Below, in pieces: positions 19,717 to 30,047 of a DNA stretch of 64,000 nt (position 1 is the stretch's first letter; each line of letters starts with the position of its first letter). The notes beneath the pieces are model-generated. The model was not told where the DNA came from, ran no database searches, and saw only the letters and a list, made by a program, of their open reading frames with translations. A program made the translations under genes and the position numbers. Origin of the DNA: an uncultured Gemmatimonadaceae bacterium (GTDB taxonomy: Bacteria; Gemmatimonadota; Gemmatimonadetes; Gemmatimonadales; Gemmatimonadaceae); NCBI GenBank assembly GCA_963761305.1, contig CAVXGK010000002.1, positions 992,001 through 1,056,000 of the forward strand, read 5' to 3'.

Positions 19717-20037
19717 ATGTCCGCTCCCTTCCGATTTACCTACCCCACGGCGATCGTCCTCCTTGCCGTGCACCGCGGCTTCCGCCACGGATTCGACATC
19801 ATCGACGCGTCGGGGCTCAAAAGCGGCACCGTCTACCCCATCCTGCGCCGCCTCGAGGAAGCGGGCATGCTCCGCGCGCGGTGGGAGTCGATCGCCGACG
19901 CGCGCGACGCGCAGCGACCGCCCCGCCGCTACTACCAGATCACCGGCGCCGGCGCGCAGGCGCTGCGCGATGCAAACGAGCGCTATCCGGGATTGGCCCG
20001 CACGTTGGCGCCTGGCGCCGCGCCGGCGGCCACATGA
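19717..20037 (+). CDS. PadR family transcriptional regulator
   Basis: HGFDII, LKSGTVYPILRRLEEAG, RPPRRYYQITGAG. Confidence 0.92.
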   Translation: MSAPFRFTYPTAIVLLAVHRGFRHGFDIIDASGLKSGTVYPILRRLEEAGMLRARWESIADARDAQRPPRRYYQITGAGAQALRDANERYPGLARTLAPGAAPAAT

Positions 20038-22706
20038 CCGCGCCGACCGCCAACCCCCCGGGTTCGACGCTCGTTCGCCTCGCCGCGCGCCTCCTGCCGG
20101 CGTCGCGCCGCGACGAGTGGATCGCCGAGTGGATTGCCGAGCTCGAATGGACGTGGCGAGGCGACCCGAACGCGGGGCAATCCGTCGGCGACGCGCTCCG
20201 ACTTCGGTTGCGCTGTCTCGGCGCGATGAGCGATGCGCTCTCGTTGCGGCGACGGCTGCACCGCGACGAGAGCGCGCGGTCCAACACACTGGCCGGCGAC
20301 GTCCGCTTCGCCGTGCGATCGCTGCGCCGCACGCCCGTGTTCACCGCAGTCGTGGTGTCCACGTTGGCACTGTGCATCGGCGCGACGACATCGGTGTTCA
20401 GCATCGTCGAGTCGTCGCTCCTCGACGGACCGGGCTATCGGAATCTCGACCAGCTCGTCGCCGTGTCGTCGGACAATCCCAAAGAGAACAACAACCACTA
20501 TCAGGTCTCCGTCGGCGACTATTACGACTGGCGAGCGCGCTCGCACGCGTTCGCGCGCCTCGCCGCGTTTTTCCCGACCTGGAACACGCTCTACTCGGCG
20601 CCCGATGGCGTCGAGCGGCTCGACGTCGGCGCCGTCTCGGCGAATCTACTGGGAACGCTCGGCACATCGCCGAGCCTCGGACGCGACTTCGCGGAGGGCG
20701 AAGACCGCCCCGGCGCGCCAGGCACCGTCATTCTCAGCCACGAGTTCTGGTCGCGCGAGCTTCAAGCCGATCCGCGCGTGCTCGGCAAGTCGCTCACGTT
20801 CGACGGCAAGCCGTACGTCGTGATCGGCGTGATGGACACGCGGTTCGTCTTTCCTGAATCGAAGGTCGACATTCTCCTGCCGCTCTCGGTGCTCGGCACG
20901 TACCTCGACCGTCGCGAAGTGCATCTGCTCTCGGTCGTCGGCCGGCTTCGCGACGGTATGTCGATCGACGCGGCGCGACGCGAGATGACGCCGATCGCCG
21001 CGCAGCTGCGTCAGGAGCACGCCAAGGAAGACGGCGGGCTCGGAGTGGCCGTTCGCCCGCTCGCTGACGATCTGCTCGGCGACGTGCGGCGCCCCATTCT
21101 CGTGCTCTTCGGCGCGGTGTGCGCCGTACTGTTCATCGGCTGCGCGAACGTGACGAATCTCATGTTCGGCCGCGCGTGGGGCAGGCGCCAGGAGCTTGCG
21201 GTACGCACGGCGATGGGCGCACAGCCGGCCGCGATCGTGCAACAGCTCCTCGTGGAGAGCGCCGTGATCGCGCTCGGAGCGGCGGTGCTCGGCGTGGGCC
21301 TCGCGATCGCCGCCACGCACACGCTCTCGAATGTCCTGCCCGTGCCGATCACGCATTTCGGACCAGTCGCCATCGACGGGCCGGTGCTCGGGTTCACACT
21401 GGCGGTCAGCGTCGCTGTGACGCTGGTGTGCGGCACGGCTCCGGCGATCGGCGCGGCGCGGAAGACGATGCGGCGAACGCTCGCCGATTCGACGCGCGCA
21501 TCGCATGGCCGCGGCGCGCGACGCGTGTACCGCGCGCTGGTCGTCGGCGAATTGGTCCTCGCCCTCGTGCTCACGGTCGGGGCCGGGCTGCTCATCAATA
21601 GCTTCGCGCGGTTGTCCGGCGTCAACGCGGGATTTCGGCGCGATCACGTGGCACGGCTGAAGGTCGCGCTCCCGTCCGTGGCCTATGCGGCCCCCTCGGC
21701 GCGCTTCCGCTACTATCAGAATTTGCTCGAGCAGATCCGCGCGCTGCCGGGTGTGCGCGACGCCGGATTCATCAATCGCTTTCCACTGCACGACGGCAAC
21801 GTGACGACGGCGATCGTCGTGGACGGCGATCCCGCTCCGCCGCCGGGTACGGGCCCGAGCGCCGATTATCGCATCGCGAGCGTCGGCTACTTTGGCGCGA
21901 TGGGCATTCCACTGCGCGCCGGGCGCGATTTTGCGGCGACCGACAACACCGACTCGACGTCGCGGGCCGTCGCCATCGTCAACGAAACCGCGGCAAGGAC
22001 GATCCTTCACTCGCCGAATCCGGTCGGCCGGCGCGTCGGCCTCGGCGGCAGCAGCCGTCCGCTGTTCACGATCATCGGCGTCGTGGCAGACGTGCATGAT
22101 CCGTCGCTCCGTGCGGCGCCCCGGCCGCAGATCTTTCTCACCGTGCAGCAAGCGCCGCAGAGTGGCGGCAATCTCGTCGTCCACTACACCGGGGCCGCGG
22201 GCCCGATCGTGACGGACGTGCGGCGCATCGTGCGGTCGATCGACAACTCGGTTCCGCTGTTCGATGTGCAGACCGTCGACGAAGTGTTGGACCAGGCGAA
22301 CGTCGGCGATCGATTCACGATGCTGGTCCTCTCCGGCTTTTCGCTTCTCGCGCTCCTGCTGGCGGCACTCGGCACGTACAGCGTGATGGCGTCCGGAGTC
22401 GCCGAACGGACGCGCGAGATCGGCGTGCGGATCGCGCTCGGCGCGCGCGCGCAGGACGTGCTGGCGATGGTGCTGGGCGAAGGCGCGGTGCTCTTCGCGA
22501 TCGCACTTCCGATCGCGCTCGCCGGCGTATGGGCCGCGACCCGCGCCCTTCAGAGTTTGCTGTTCGGCGTGGCGCCGACCGATCCGGGGACCATCGCACT
22601 CGCGGCACTCGCGCTGGCGGCGGCGACCGCCGTGGCGTGCTATCTCCCGGCGCGCCGCGCGGCGAGCGTCGATCCGACGACGGCGATCCGCGGCGGCGAC
22701 ACGTAG
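20034..22706 (+). CDS. ADOP-type duplicated ABC permease
   Basis: ATGA overlap with padR; DVRFAVRSLRRTP, IGCANVTNL, RTREIGVRIALGA, RRAASVDP. Confidence 0.92.
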   Translation: MTAPTANPPGSTLVRLAARLLPASRRDEWIAEWIAELEWTWRGDPNAGQSVGDALRLRLRCLGAMSDALSLRRRLHRDESARSNTLAGDVRFAVRSLRRTPVFTAVVVSTLALCIGATTSVFSIVESSLLDGPGYRNLDQLVAVSSDNPKENNNHYQVSVGDYYDWRARSHAFARLAAFFPTWNTLYSAPDGVERLDVGAVSANLLGTLGTSPSLGRDFAEGEDRPGAPGTVILSHEFWSRELQADPRVLGKSLTFDGKPYVVIGVMDTRFVFPESKVDILLPLSVLGTYLDRREVHLLSVVGRLRDGMSIDAARREMTPIAAQLRQEHAKEDGGLGVAVRPLADDLLGDVRRPILVLFGAVCAVLFIGCANVTNLMFGRAWGRRQELAVRTAMGAQPAAIVQQLLVESAVIALGAAVLGVGLAIAATHTLSNVLPVPITHFGPVAIDGPVLGFTLAVSVAVTLVCGTAPAIGAARKTMRRTLADSTRASHGRGARRVYRALVVGELVLALVLTVGAGLLINSFARLSGVNAGFRRDHVARLKVALPSVAYAAPSARFRYYQNLLEQIRALPGVRDAGFINRFPLHDGNVTTAIVVDGDPAPPPGTGPSADYRIASVGYFGAMGIPLRAGRDFAATDNTDSTSRAVAIVNETAARTILHSPNPVGRRVGLGGSSRPLFTIIGVVADVHDPSLRAAPRPQIFLTVQQAPQSGGNLVVHYTGAAGPIVTDVRRIVRSIDNSVPLFDVQTVDEVLDQANVGDRFTMLVLSGFSLLALLLAALGTYSVMASGVAERTREIGVRIALGARAQDVLAMVLGEGAVLFAIALPIALAGVWAATRALQSLLFGVAPTDPGTIALAALALAAATAVACYLPARRAASVDPTTAIRGGDT

Positions 22707-22709
22707 CTG

Positions 22710-24476
22710 CTAGAGCGGCTCGAGACTCTTGGAGCGGAAGATGACCTGCCAGTCGATCAACTCGGAGGCCATCATGTCGGCGAACTGCGCCGCGCTCTCG
22801 CCGACCTGATCGGAATCGAGGGGCAGGCTCTCGTTCTCGACGCGGACGCGCAATTGCGCCAGACGCGCGGCCATGGCGCTCGACCGGCGGTGCATTCGCC
22901 CGAATTCCGCTTGTCCGGCGATGCCGGCGAATGCCGCGCCGAGGGCGGGCAGCAGCGCGGCGGCGACGACCAGCCACGCGTTGCCCCACCGCGCCGCGTC
23001 GTGCAGCGACTCGGCCAGTACCCACGGCGACAGGTGCTCGTGCTGGAGACGCCGGTAGTCGTACGCGAGATGGAGCGTGCACACGATGAGCGTCGCCCCG
23101 AACAACAACTTGGTGAGGCGATGGATGCGATGCTCCAGGCGTTCGCTTCGGTCGGCGTTGACGGTGTGGTACGCGACCTGTGAGACGATGCGCGGCGCCA
23201 ACCACTGGTCGCGATACGCTCTCAGATACGGCCGGTCGATCGTGACCGGCGGCAGCGCGGCCTCGCGAAGTCGCGCGCGAAAGAGCCAGTTCACCCAATC
23301 GTGCGTGGCGTCGGCGTCTTCGTGATACGGCGGCGTGTGAAACGACGGCAAGCTGCGCCCGATCGGCCAAAGCAACTCGCCGTGACTCAGTTGTTGGGCC
23401 AGCAGCCGATAGTGAAGCCAGCGCTTGTGCCAGCGGTGCCGGCGCTCCCACACGATGAGTCCGAGCACCCACAGAATCGTCGCGAGCTCGAGCCAAGTCG
23501 CCCACGACGAGATGTAGCCGAACATCGCGCACGCCACGGCGAAGACGCCGAATAGGTACACGCCGACGAACGAGTCGCGATATCGGCCGGCGTACCGGTT
23601 CGCCAGATCGTCGGCCCGTACGCGCTCCGCTTCCACCGGCGACAGGGGTAGCGGTCCGTTCGGATCGGGCGCCGTCTCGCGCCATGCAGCCTTCTTGCGC
23701 GGACGCACGAGGGGTTCGGTGAACGCCCGGTACAGTCCTCGCCAAAGCCGCCGACCCGGCCCCTGATCCTGCCAGTACGCGCCGCGCATCACACCCTCCG
23801 GATCGTCCGGCACGTCGAGCAGCCGTTTGATCTCTCGCGGCAGGACGTCGAGCGACTGCGTGGCTCCCATGCTCTCCGCCCCGGCGGAGATGACGGAACA
23901 CGTATTAGGGGATTTCGATGAAATCCAGATGACCGGAATCCCGAGCGCGACCGCGCCCACCACGACCTCGCCCGTTCCGCCGCGGCCGTTCGCGGCCTCG
24001 CCGTCCCAGATGGCGAGGAGCACGTCGGTGTGCCCCAGGAGAATGCGGCCGACGCGCGCATACGGCAGCGCGCCCGTCGAGTGGTCTCCGTCCAATTCGA
24101 GCACCGAGCGCGCGCGGCGAATGAGCCGGTCGAACCCCGACGTGTCGGCGAAGTCCTTCTTGTATTCGTCGCGCGCAAACGGCAGCGGCGCGTCGAGCTC
24201 GTACCCCAGCTCGAGTCCGACATCGGCGATCAGCTGATCGGCGCCTTCGGCCAGCGCGGACACGAGCACGAGTCGCGGCGGATCGGCCGAGTAGTCACCC
24301 TGCCCCGCGCCCGCGATCTCACGTGCATGCTCGGCGATTTTGCGAAGCGCCAGCCGCACCGAGTTGCACAACGCGGTCTTGTCGACGGGCTCCAGCGCCT
24401 TGGCGCGATGCCCCGTCGCTCCGACCCTCAACGTGATGCGCGGCCGCGGCGGCGCGGCGACTGGCGGTGGCGTCAA
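22710..24476 (-). CDS. SLOG-like domain fused to two SLATT/DUF4231-like transmembrane modules
   Basis: RVGATGHR, SALAEGAD, LLAIWDG-x5-GGT (SLOG/YspA-like motifs); two 2TM hairpins, first followed by WHKRWLHYRLLAQ, second preceded by QVAYH and followed by SELIDW. Confidence 0.72.
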   Translation of the reverse strand: MTPPPVAAPPRPRITLRVGATGHRAKALEPVDKTALCNSVRLALRKIAEHAREIAGAGQGDYSADPPRLVLVSALAEGADQLIADVGLELGYELDAPLPFARDEYKKDFADTSGFDRLIRRARSVLELDGDHSTGALPYARVGRILLGHTDVLLAIWDGEAANGRGGTGEVVVGAVALGIPVIWISSKSPNTCSVISAGAESMGATQSLDVLPREIKRLLDVPDDPEGVMRGAYWQDQGPGRRLWRGLYRAFTEPLVRPRKKAAWRETAPDPNGPLPLSPVEAERVRADDLANRYAGRYRDSFVGVYLFGVFAVACAMFGYISSWATWLELATILWVLGLIVWERRHRWHKRWLHYRLLAQQLSHGELLWPIGRSLPSFHTPPYHEDADATHDWVNWLFRARLREAALPPVTIDRPYLRAYRDQWLAPRIVSQVAYHTVNADRSERLEHRIHRLTKLLFGATLIVCTLHLAYDYRRLQHEHLSPWVLAESLHDAARWGNAWLVVAAALLPALGAAFAGIAGQAEFGRMHRRSSAMAARLAQLRVRVENESLPLDSDQVGESAAQFADMMASELIDWQVIFRSKSLEPL

Positions 24477-24664
24477 GTCCAGGCTGACCGTGTGAGATCC
24501 GATTCCACTGAGCGTTCAAAGGTCCGCCCGCCCGGGTGGTTTCGCCAGACGCCCGCGCCTCTGCACACGAGTCGCGCGTGACTGGCGGGTCGGACCGCCG
24601 ATTGGTAGCTTCGGCCCGCAAGAGGAGTGGCTTCCCCCCTCGCTCCTACTCGCCCAAAACTCGC

Positions 24665-25405
24665 TTGCCTCATCTCCCCAGGCCACTCGTCACGTTGGCC
24701 GCGGCAACGATTGCGCTGACGGTGATCGGCTCCGGCTGCACATTTCCCGACCCGCCGAGTCAATCGGGCTTTGTCGCGCTCACGATTCAGACGCACTTGG
24801 ACAGCGCCGGCGCCGTCCTCGTCGACACCGCCGATGGGACGCGCACCGTCACGATCGACGCGGCGCTCGACACGATCCAGGCGCCGCTGAGCGCCACGGT
24901 GAGCTTCACCAGCACCGCCGGCACATTGCTTCCCGTGTCGCAAAGCGGCGCCGTCACGGTTCCGGTCGATGCGAGCGGGCACGCGCGCGTGCAACTGCGT
25001 GCACCCTCGGACACCGCGCGCTCGGACATCACGGCCACGGCGGCCGGCATCACCCGGTCGGTGACGGTCACGTGGCTTCCGGCTCCAGCGACGGTCGTGC
25101 AGGTGCAGCCGCAATCGCCAGTGCTGTCCACCGGCTCGAGCCACACGATGACGCTCAACGTCACGCTGCTGCGCACCATCGGCGCGCCGAGTCCGGGATC
25201 GCTGGTTTTCTTCAAGGCGGTCGACACGCTCGGGCAAACGCTCGGGCGCTTCAGCGCCGATTCTCTAATCGCAACGACACCGGCCGTCTCGGTGTCGTAC
25301 ACGGCGGGCGACGGCCCGTATCTCGGACCGGTGACGCTTCGCGTGCGGGCCGCGCGCGGCACGCAGAGCGTCACCGGCACCGGTTCGGTTCTCATCACCA
25401 AATAG
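24665..25405 (+). CDS. Putative lipoprotein with bacterial Ig-like (invasin/Big) domains
   Basis: Hydrophobic stretch plus IGSGC lipobox-like motif; VSFTSTAGT, VDASGHARVQL, ITATAAG; probable TTG start. Confidence 0.65.
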   Translation: MPHLPRPLVTLAAATIALTVIGSGCTFPDPPSQSGFVALTIQTHLDSAGAVLVDTADGTRTVTIDAALDTIQAPLSATVSFTSTAGTLLPVSQSGAVTVPVDASGHARVQLRAPSDTARSDITATAAGITRSVTVTWLPAPATVVQVQPQSPVLSTGSSHTMTLNVTLLRTIGAPSPGSLVFFKAVDTLGQTLGRFSADSLIATTPAVSVSYTAGDGPYLGPVTLRVRAARGTQSVTGTGSVLITK

Positions 25406-25408
25406 CCG

Positions 25409-26823
25409 ATGAATCCGTTCCGCACTCTTTCGCTGCACGATACTCGCGCGCGTGCGTGGGTGGCGGCGACCCTGCTCATGCTCGGCGGCGCCGCCGCGGC
25501 GCGCGCGCAGTCGGTCGGGTCGTCGACTCCCTGTGGTCTCGACCCGGCACCCGTGGCGGAATCAGACCGGCTGCCCGAGTTCGCGGTGCGCCAGCTCGCT
25601 CCGCGCGACGTGCGCGAGCTCCGCTCCGCGCTGAAAACGAGTGTTGGACGCGCGCACTCGGCACGTTCTACAGCGTGTTCCGCCCCGATCTTCCCGACTG
25701 GATCGTCTACATCGACTCGTCGGGCGTGATTCACCAAACGTTCCTTCACGGACGCGACGTCGACTCCACGTCGCGAGTGCTGTACGGCGAGCGGTACATC
25801 TGGGCCTCGATCTTCAGCGACCGGCCGATGCACGACGTGTTGACGCCGGAGGAGGATCGCGCGCTGCGGGCCGACCTGGCCGGTTCGCCGGCGCCGCGGC
25901 CGTTCGCCCCCGACGCACCCGCCGCACGCGTGTGTAGCACCGCCGGCGGCGTGGCCACCGGAGTCGGAGGAGGACCGGGCGGCGCTGGGGGCGGGAGCGG
26001 AGGCGGTGGTGGCGGCGGAAATGGGGCGGCCAATGCGGCGGCGAGCGCGCGAGCGACGGTGCTGTCGTCGGATACGTCGGATCTTCGATTCTCCCGCCGG
26101 CTGATCGCCTATCATCGCGATCCGGTCGTGTCGCTGCTGATCAAGGGTCTCACGAAGCTCGTCGGCGTGGATCCTGGGAGCGACCCCGCCGCCGCCGATT
26201 CGACGCGCCTCGTCGAGTTGCAGGAGGTGTCCGCGGATACGACGGCAGACCGGATGTATGCCGGCTTCGGCCGGTTCGGCCTCATCGAGAACGCGCAGGT
26301 GGAGCTGTCGCTGGCGCCGGTGCGTTGCAAGGCCTTCCCCGCCGCGCGCCGCGCCACCGACGCGCCGACCGCCGATTCGCTCGGCCGGATAGACTTCATT
26401 TATGCTGATTTCGTGAATGCGAAGCATCGCATGTTCGACCTGGCGGTGCTCACTGGCGTCACCTGGGGCGGCCGGATCCCGACATACAACAGCAACCTGC
26501 AGATCACGAGCGAAACGCCGCGGCTGTCCGCCAACGCGTATCTGACCGTCGTGTACAACATGGTCAACCTCGGATTTCTCGACGGACACTTCGCGCAGAG
26601 TCCGTTCTGGCAGCAACGTCCGTTGGGCATCTTCGCCGGAACGAACGTCGCCCGCGGCAGCCTGGCCGACGAGCTGGTCGCCGGCGGCGTGATCGGCGAT
26701 TTGCTCGGCAACGCCGGCATCGCGGTCGGTTGCTCGTGGGTCAACGCGCCGCACGTCGAAGACGGTCACACGGTCGGCCGCATGCAGCGCCGGCTGCTCG
26801 CCGGCTTCGATCTCCGCCTCTAG
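25409..26823 (+). CDS. Secreted / putative outer-membrane protein, split by an apparent -1 frameshift at about 25634-25637
   Basis: Signal peptide in frame 25409; body (NECWTRALGTF...LLAGFDLRL) in the -1 frame; one extra A in ctgaaaacgag joins them; Gly-rich linker; beta-signal-like C-terminus. Confidence 0.6.
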
Positions 26824-26833
26824 CTCGCGGCGC

Positions 26834-28834
26834 GTGACCAGCTCGATCGTCGTCGAGACCATGTACCCGCGCCCAGCGCGCGCCGACGCCCACGCGCTGG
26901 TCCGCGAGTGGCAACTGCACGACGAGTCGACGTGGGCCTCCTCCCCGACGCCGTACGTTCGCGCGGCCGAGCAGTTCGCCGCGCGGGCGAGCCGCTCGCC
27001 GCGTACGACGCCATCGCGGAAGGCCTTCGGTATCATCCGACGAACCTGCGCCTCCGCCAGCTGCAAGGATTCACGCTCGCGCAAAGCGGCGATGCCGAGC
27101 GCGCGATCGTCGCGATGGAAGCGTTGGCGGCTGAAGGCGGACAGTCGTCCGACCAGCTCGAGGAGACGCTGGCTGCATTGGCGCGCGTCTACAAGGAACA
27201 GGCGCTTCGCCGCAGCGGCGACGAGGCGACGCGCGCCGCCGTGCGCGCGCGCGATGCGTACCTGCGCGCGCACGACGTGTCCGGCGGGTACTACAGCGGC
27301 ATCAACGCGGCGGCGCTCGACCTTCGGCTCGGCGAAGCCGAGTCGGCGCGAACGCTCGCGCGCGCTGTCGGGTCGCGGGCCGAGTCGGCGTTCGAAGGTG
27401 GACCCGCCAGCCAGAAGTATTGGGCAGCGGCAACGGTCGCAGAGTCGGCGCTCATTCTCGGTGACCAGGAACGGGCGATTCGCTGGTATGAACGCGCGCT
27501 CGAATACGGCAACGAGCCCGGCGACGTCTCCAGCACGCGACGCAACGCGCGCCTGATCATCGACGCGCTGGGTCTGGACCGCGTGCTCGTCGACGGGTTG
27601 CTCCGCGTCCGCGTTCGCCTCCATCGTCGGGGCCGCGTCGTTCTCGGCGGACGGACCATTTCCCGCTGCGCTGGAAACCGAATTGTCGGCATTGATCGCG
27701 CGACGACTCGCCGACGACGACGTGCGATTCGCGTACTCGTCCGGCGCGGCGGGTACGGACATCCTCCTCCTGGAGTGCGTAGAGCAGCGCGGCGGGCGAA
27801 CGCACATCGTCCTGCCGTACGGGCCGGACGAATTCATCCCCGATCGTGTGGCTCGCGACGGCGCGGGCCCGTGGCGCGACCGCTTCGATCGGGCCGTCGC
27901 CAACGCCGACGAGGTCGTGGTCGCCACCGACCGTCGGTTCACCGTCGGCACGTCGCTTCACGAATACGCCGAGCGGCTGCTGTTCGGTCTCGCGCGCGTG
28001 CAAGCGCTGGCGCTCGACACGGAGCTCGTTCCCTTCGTCGTGATCGACGAAGGGGCGAACGCGAGCGACGTGGACCGCGCCGTGACGACACTGCGCGATC
28101 GCGGGCAAAAGCCGATCGTCGTCGACGTCGCGTCGATGCGCGGCGTGCGCGTTGCGCAGTCGTCGCCGGCAGGGTCGTCCGCGCCGAGCGACTGGGCAGC
28201 CGACACGCGCATCCTCGGCATTCTCTTCGCCGACGTCGTGCACTCGAGCCAGCTCACCGACGACCAACAGCCGCTGCTCGTGAAGCACTTTCTCGGGCGC
28301 ATCGGACGCCTGGCGCGCGAATCGCCGAACCGGCCGGCCTGGAAGAACACCTGGGGCGACGGGCTGTACATGGTATTCGACGACGTTGGTCGCGCCGGCC
28401 GGTTCTCGCTCGAGCTGCGCGACGTGATCACCGGAACGAACTGGCTCGACTACGGTCTGCCGCGACACCTCACGATGCGCATCGGGCTCCACGCCGGTCC
28501 GATATTCTCATATGAGGATCCCATCACGGGATATCAGAACTTCACCGGGCGGCACACCATTCGGGGCGCGCGAATCGAGCCGGTGACGCTGCCCGGCCAG
28601 GTCTACGCGAGCCGCGAGTTCACCGCGCTGGCGGCGGCCGGCTTCGCCGACGACTTCACGTGCACACCGGTCGGGCGCGTCACGCTCGCCAAGAACGCCG
28701 CGACGACGTCGTTGTTCGTGGTCGAGTGGGCGAGTCGCCCGGTGGACGCGACTCGCGGCGACGCTACGACGCCGTCACTGGAGGGGGCGACGACGCGCGC
28801 CGAACAGCCCGCAGCATCAGCTGGCCCAGGCTGA
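26834..28834 (+). CDS. TPR (TRAFs-binding/DUF4071-like) + degenerate SLOG-like + class III nucleotide cyclase, split by two apparent frameshifts (about 26980 and 27610)
   Basis: Three consecutive frames: VREWQLHDESTW...; GEPLAAYD, GGYYSGINAA, YWAAATVAE, STRRNARL; SSGAAGTDIL, ILFADVV, NTWGDG, RIGLHAGP, ARIEPVT. Confidence 0.78.
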
Positions 28835-29951
28835 CGACGATCATCGCCAGCCCGGCCGCGGCGAGGCAACGGCGCGGCCCGACCGACGCGACGTCGGCGA
28901 TGCGTCCGAGCAGCGGCGCGCTGCACCCCATGGCGAAGAACAGCACGACGAAATAGAGTGCCATCGCGCGGCCCCGCTCGGCGTCGGGCACGCACGCTTT
29001 CACGTCGGTGACGAGGCTCGAGTTGATGATCAGCCACGCGACGCCCGCGGCGGCGAGCGCGATACGAAGCGTCCACCCGTCGCTCACGGCGACGATCGCC
29101 GAGCTCGCGCCCAACAGCACGCACGACCAGATCCCCGCCCGCGCCAGGCCGAGGCGTCGCTGCACGGGGCCGATGATCTCGACGGCGAGCACGATGCCGA
29201 TGCCGAAGAACGACAGCAGGCGCCCGTACTCCGTCGGCGTCGCGCCGTGCTGCACGCTCGGCAGGAGCGCGAAGAGCGCGACTCCCAGGACGCCGAACAA
29301 TCCGGCACGCGTGAGAATCGACGTGTAGTCGCGAATGGCGACGATCTCGCGAGCTCCCTGCCGCAGGATGCTGCCCAAAGCCGCGGTGTTCGGGTGGATC
29401 GCCGGCCGGTCGTGCCAGCGCGCCAGCACGACGATCACCGCCACGAACGAGGCCGCATTGCAGATGAAGGCGGCGCCCATACCGAATTGCGCGATGACAT
29501 AGCCGGCGACGAGCGGCCCGACGGCGCGCGCGCAGTTGAAGGCGAGGCTGTTGAGCGCGTAGGCTTGCCCATCACGGCGCGGCAGGACCATCTCGGGGAT
29601 CACGGCGAACATCGCCGGCGTGGCGATCGCCTGCCCGACGTTCAGCAGCACCGTGAAGCCGAGAAACCGAAGCGGCGTCAGGCCGTTCGAGATCGTGACG
29701 ATCGCCAGCACGCTCGCCGCGCCGAGCATCCAGCACTGCGCGATGAGCACCACGCGGCGGCTGCCGAACAGATCCGCCGCCGCGCCGGCCGCGAACGCGA
29801 ACATCGCCATCGGGAGAAGCGTCGCCGTCTGGACGAGCGCCGGCCAGACCGCCGACGTGCTCGCACCTTTCGTGTAGATCTGACCCGCGACGTCCTGGAT
29901 GTTCGTGCCGACGTTCGAGACGAGCGCCGCCACCCAGAGGGCGCGAAACAC
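28764..29951 (-). CDS. MFS transporter (MFS_3-like)
   Basis: FRALWVAALVSNVGT, AGAAADLFGSRRV, ARAVGPLVAG, ERGRAMALY; about 12 TM segments; start uncertain. Confidence 0.82.
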   Translation of the reverse strand: MFRALWVAALVSNVGTNIQDVAGQIYTKGASTSAVWPALVQTATLLPMAMFAFAAGAAADLFGSRRVVLIAQCWMLGAASVLAIVTISNGLTPLRFLGFTVLLNVGQAIATPAMFAVIPEMVLPRRDGQAYALNSLAFNCARAVGPLVAGYVIAQFGMGAAFICNAASFVAVIVVLARWHDRPAIHPNTAALGSILRQGAREIVAIRDYTSILTRAGLFGVLGVALFALLPSVQHGATPTEYGRLLSFFGIGIVLAVEIIGPVQRRLGLARAGIWSCVLLGASSAIVAVSDGWTLRIALAAAGVAWLIINSSLVTDVKACVPDAERGRAMALYFVVLFFAMGCSAPLLGRIADVASVGPRRCLAAAGLAMIVVSLGQLMLRAVRRASSPPPVTAS

Positions 29952-30047
29952 CGGTTGCCGAAGTGGCGACCAGACCCCGCTGCTATGGTAGCGGTAGCGC
30001 TCTTCGAGTGGATGCCGCTCGTCGTGATGGTGCGTGGAACGCTCGAC

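Noticed and set aside
24787..27951. 1054-aa minus-strand ORF
   Set aside because: Antisense shadow of the plus-strand operon in high-GC DNA; no recognisable motifs
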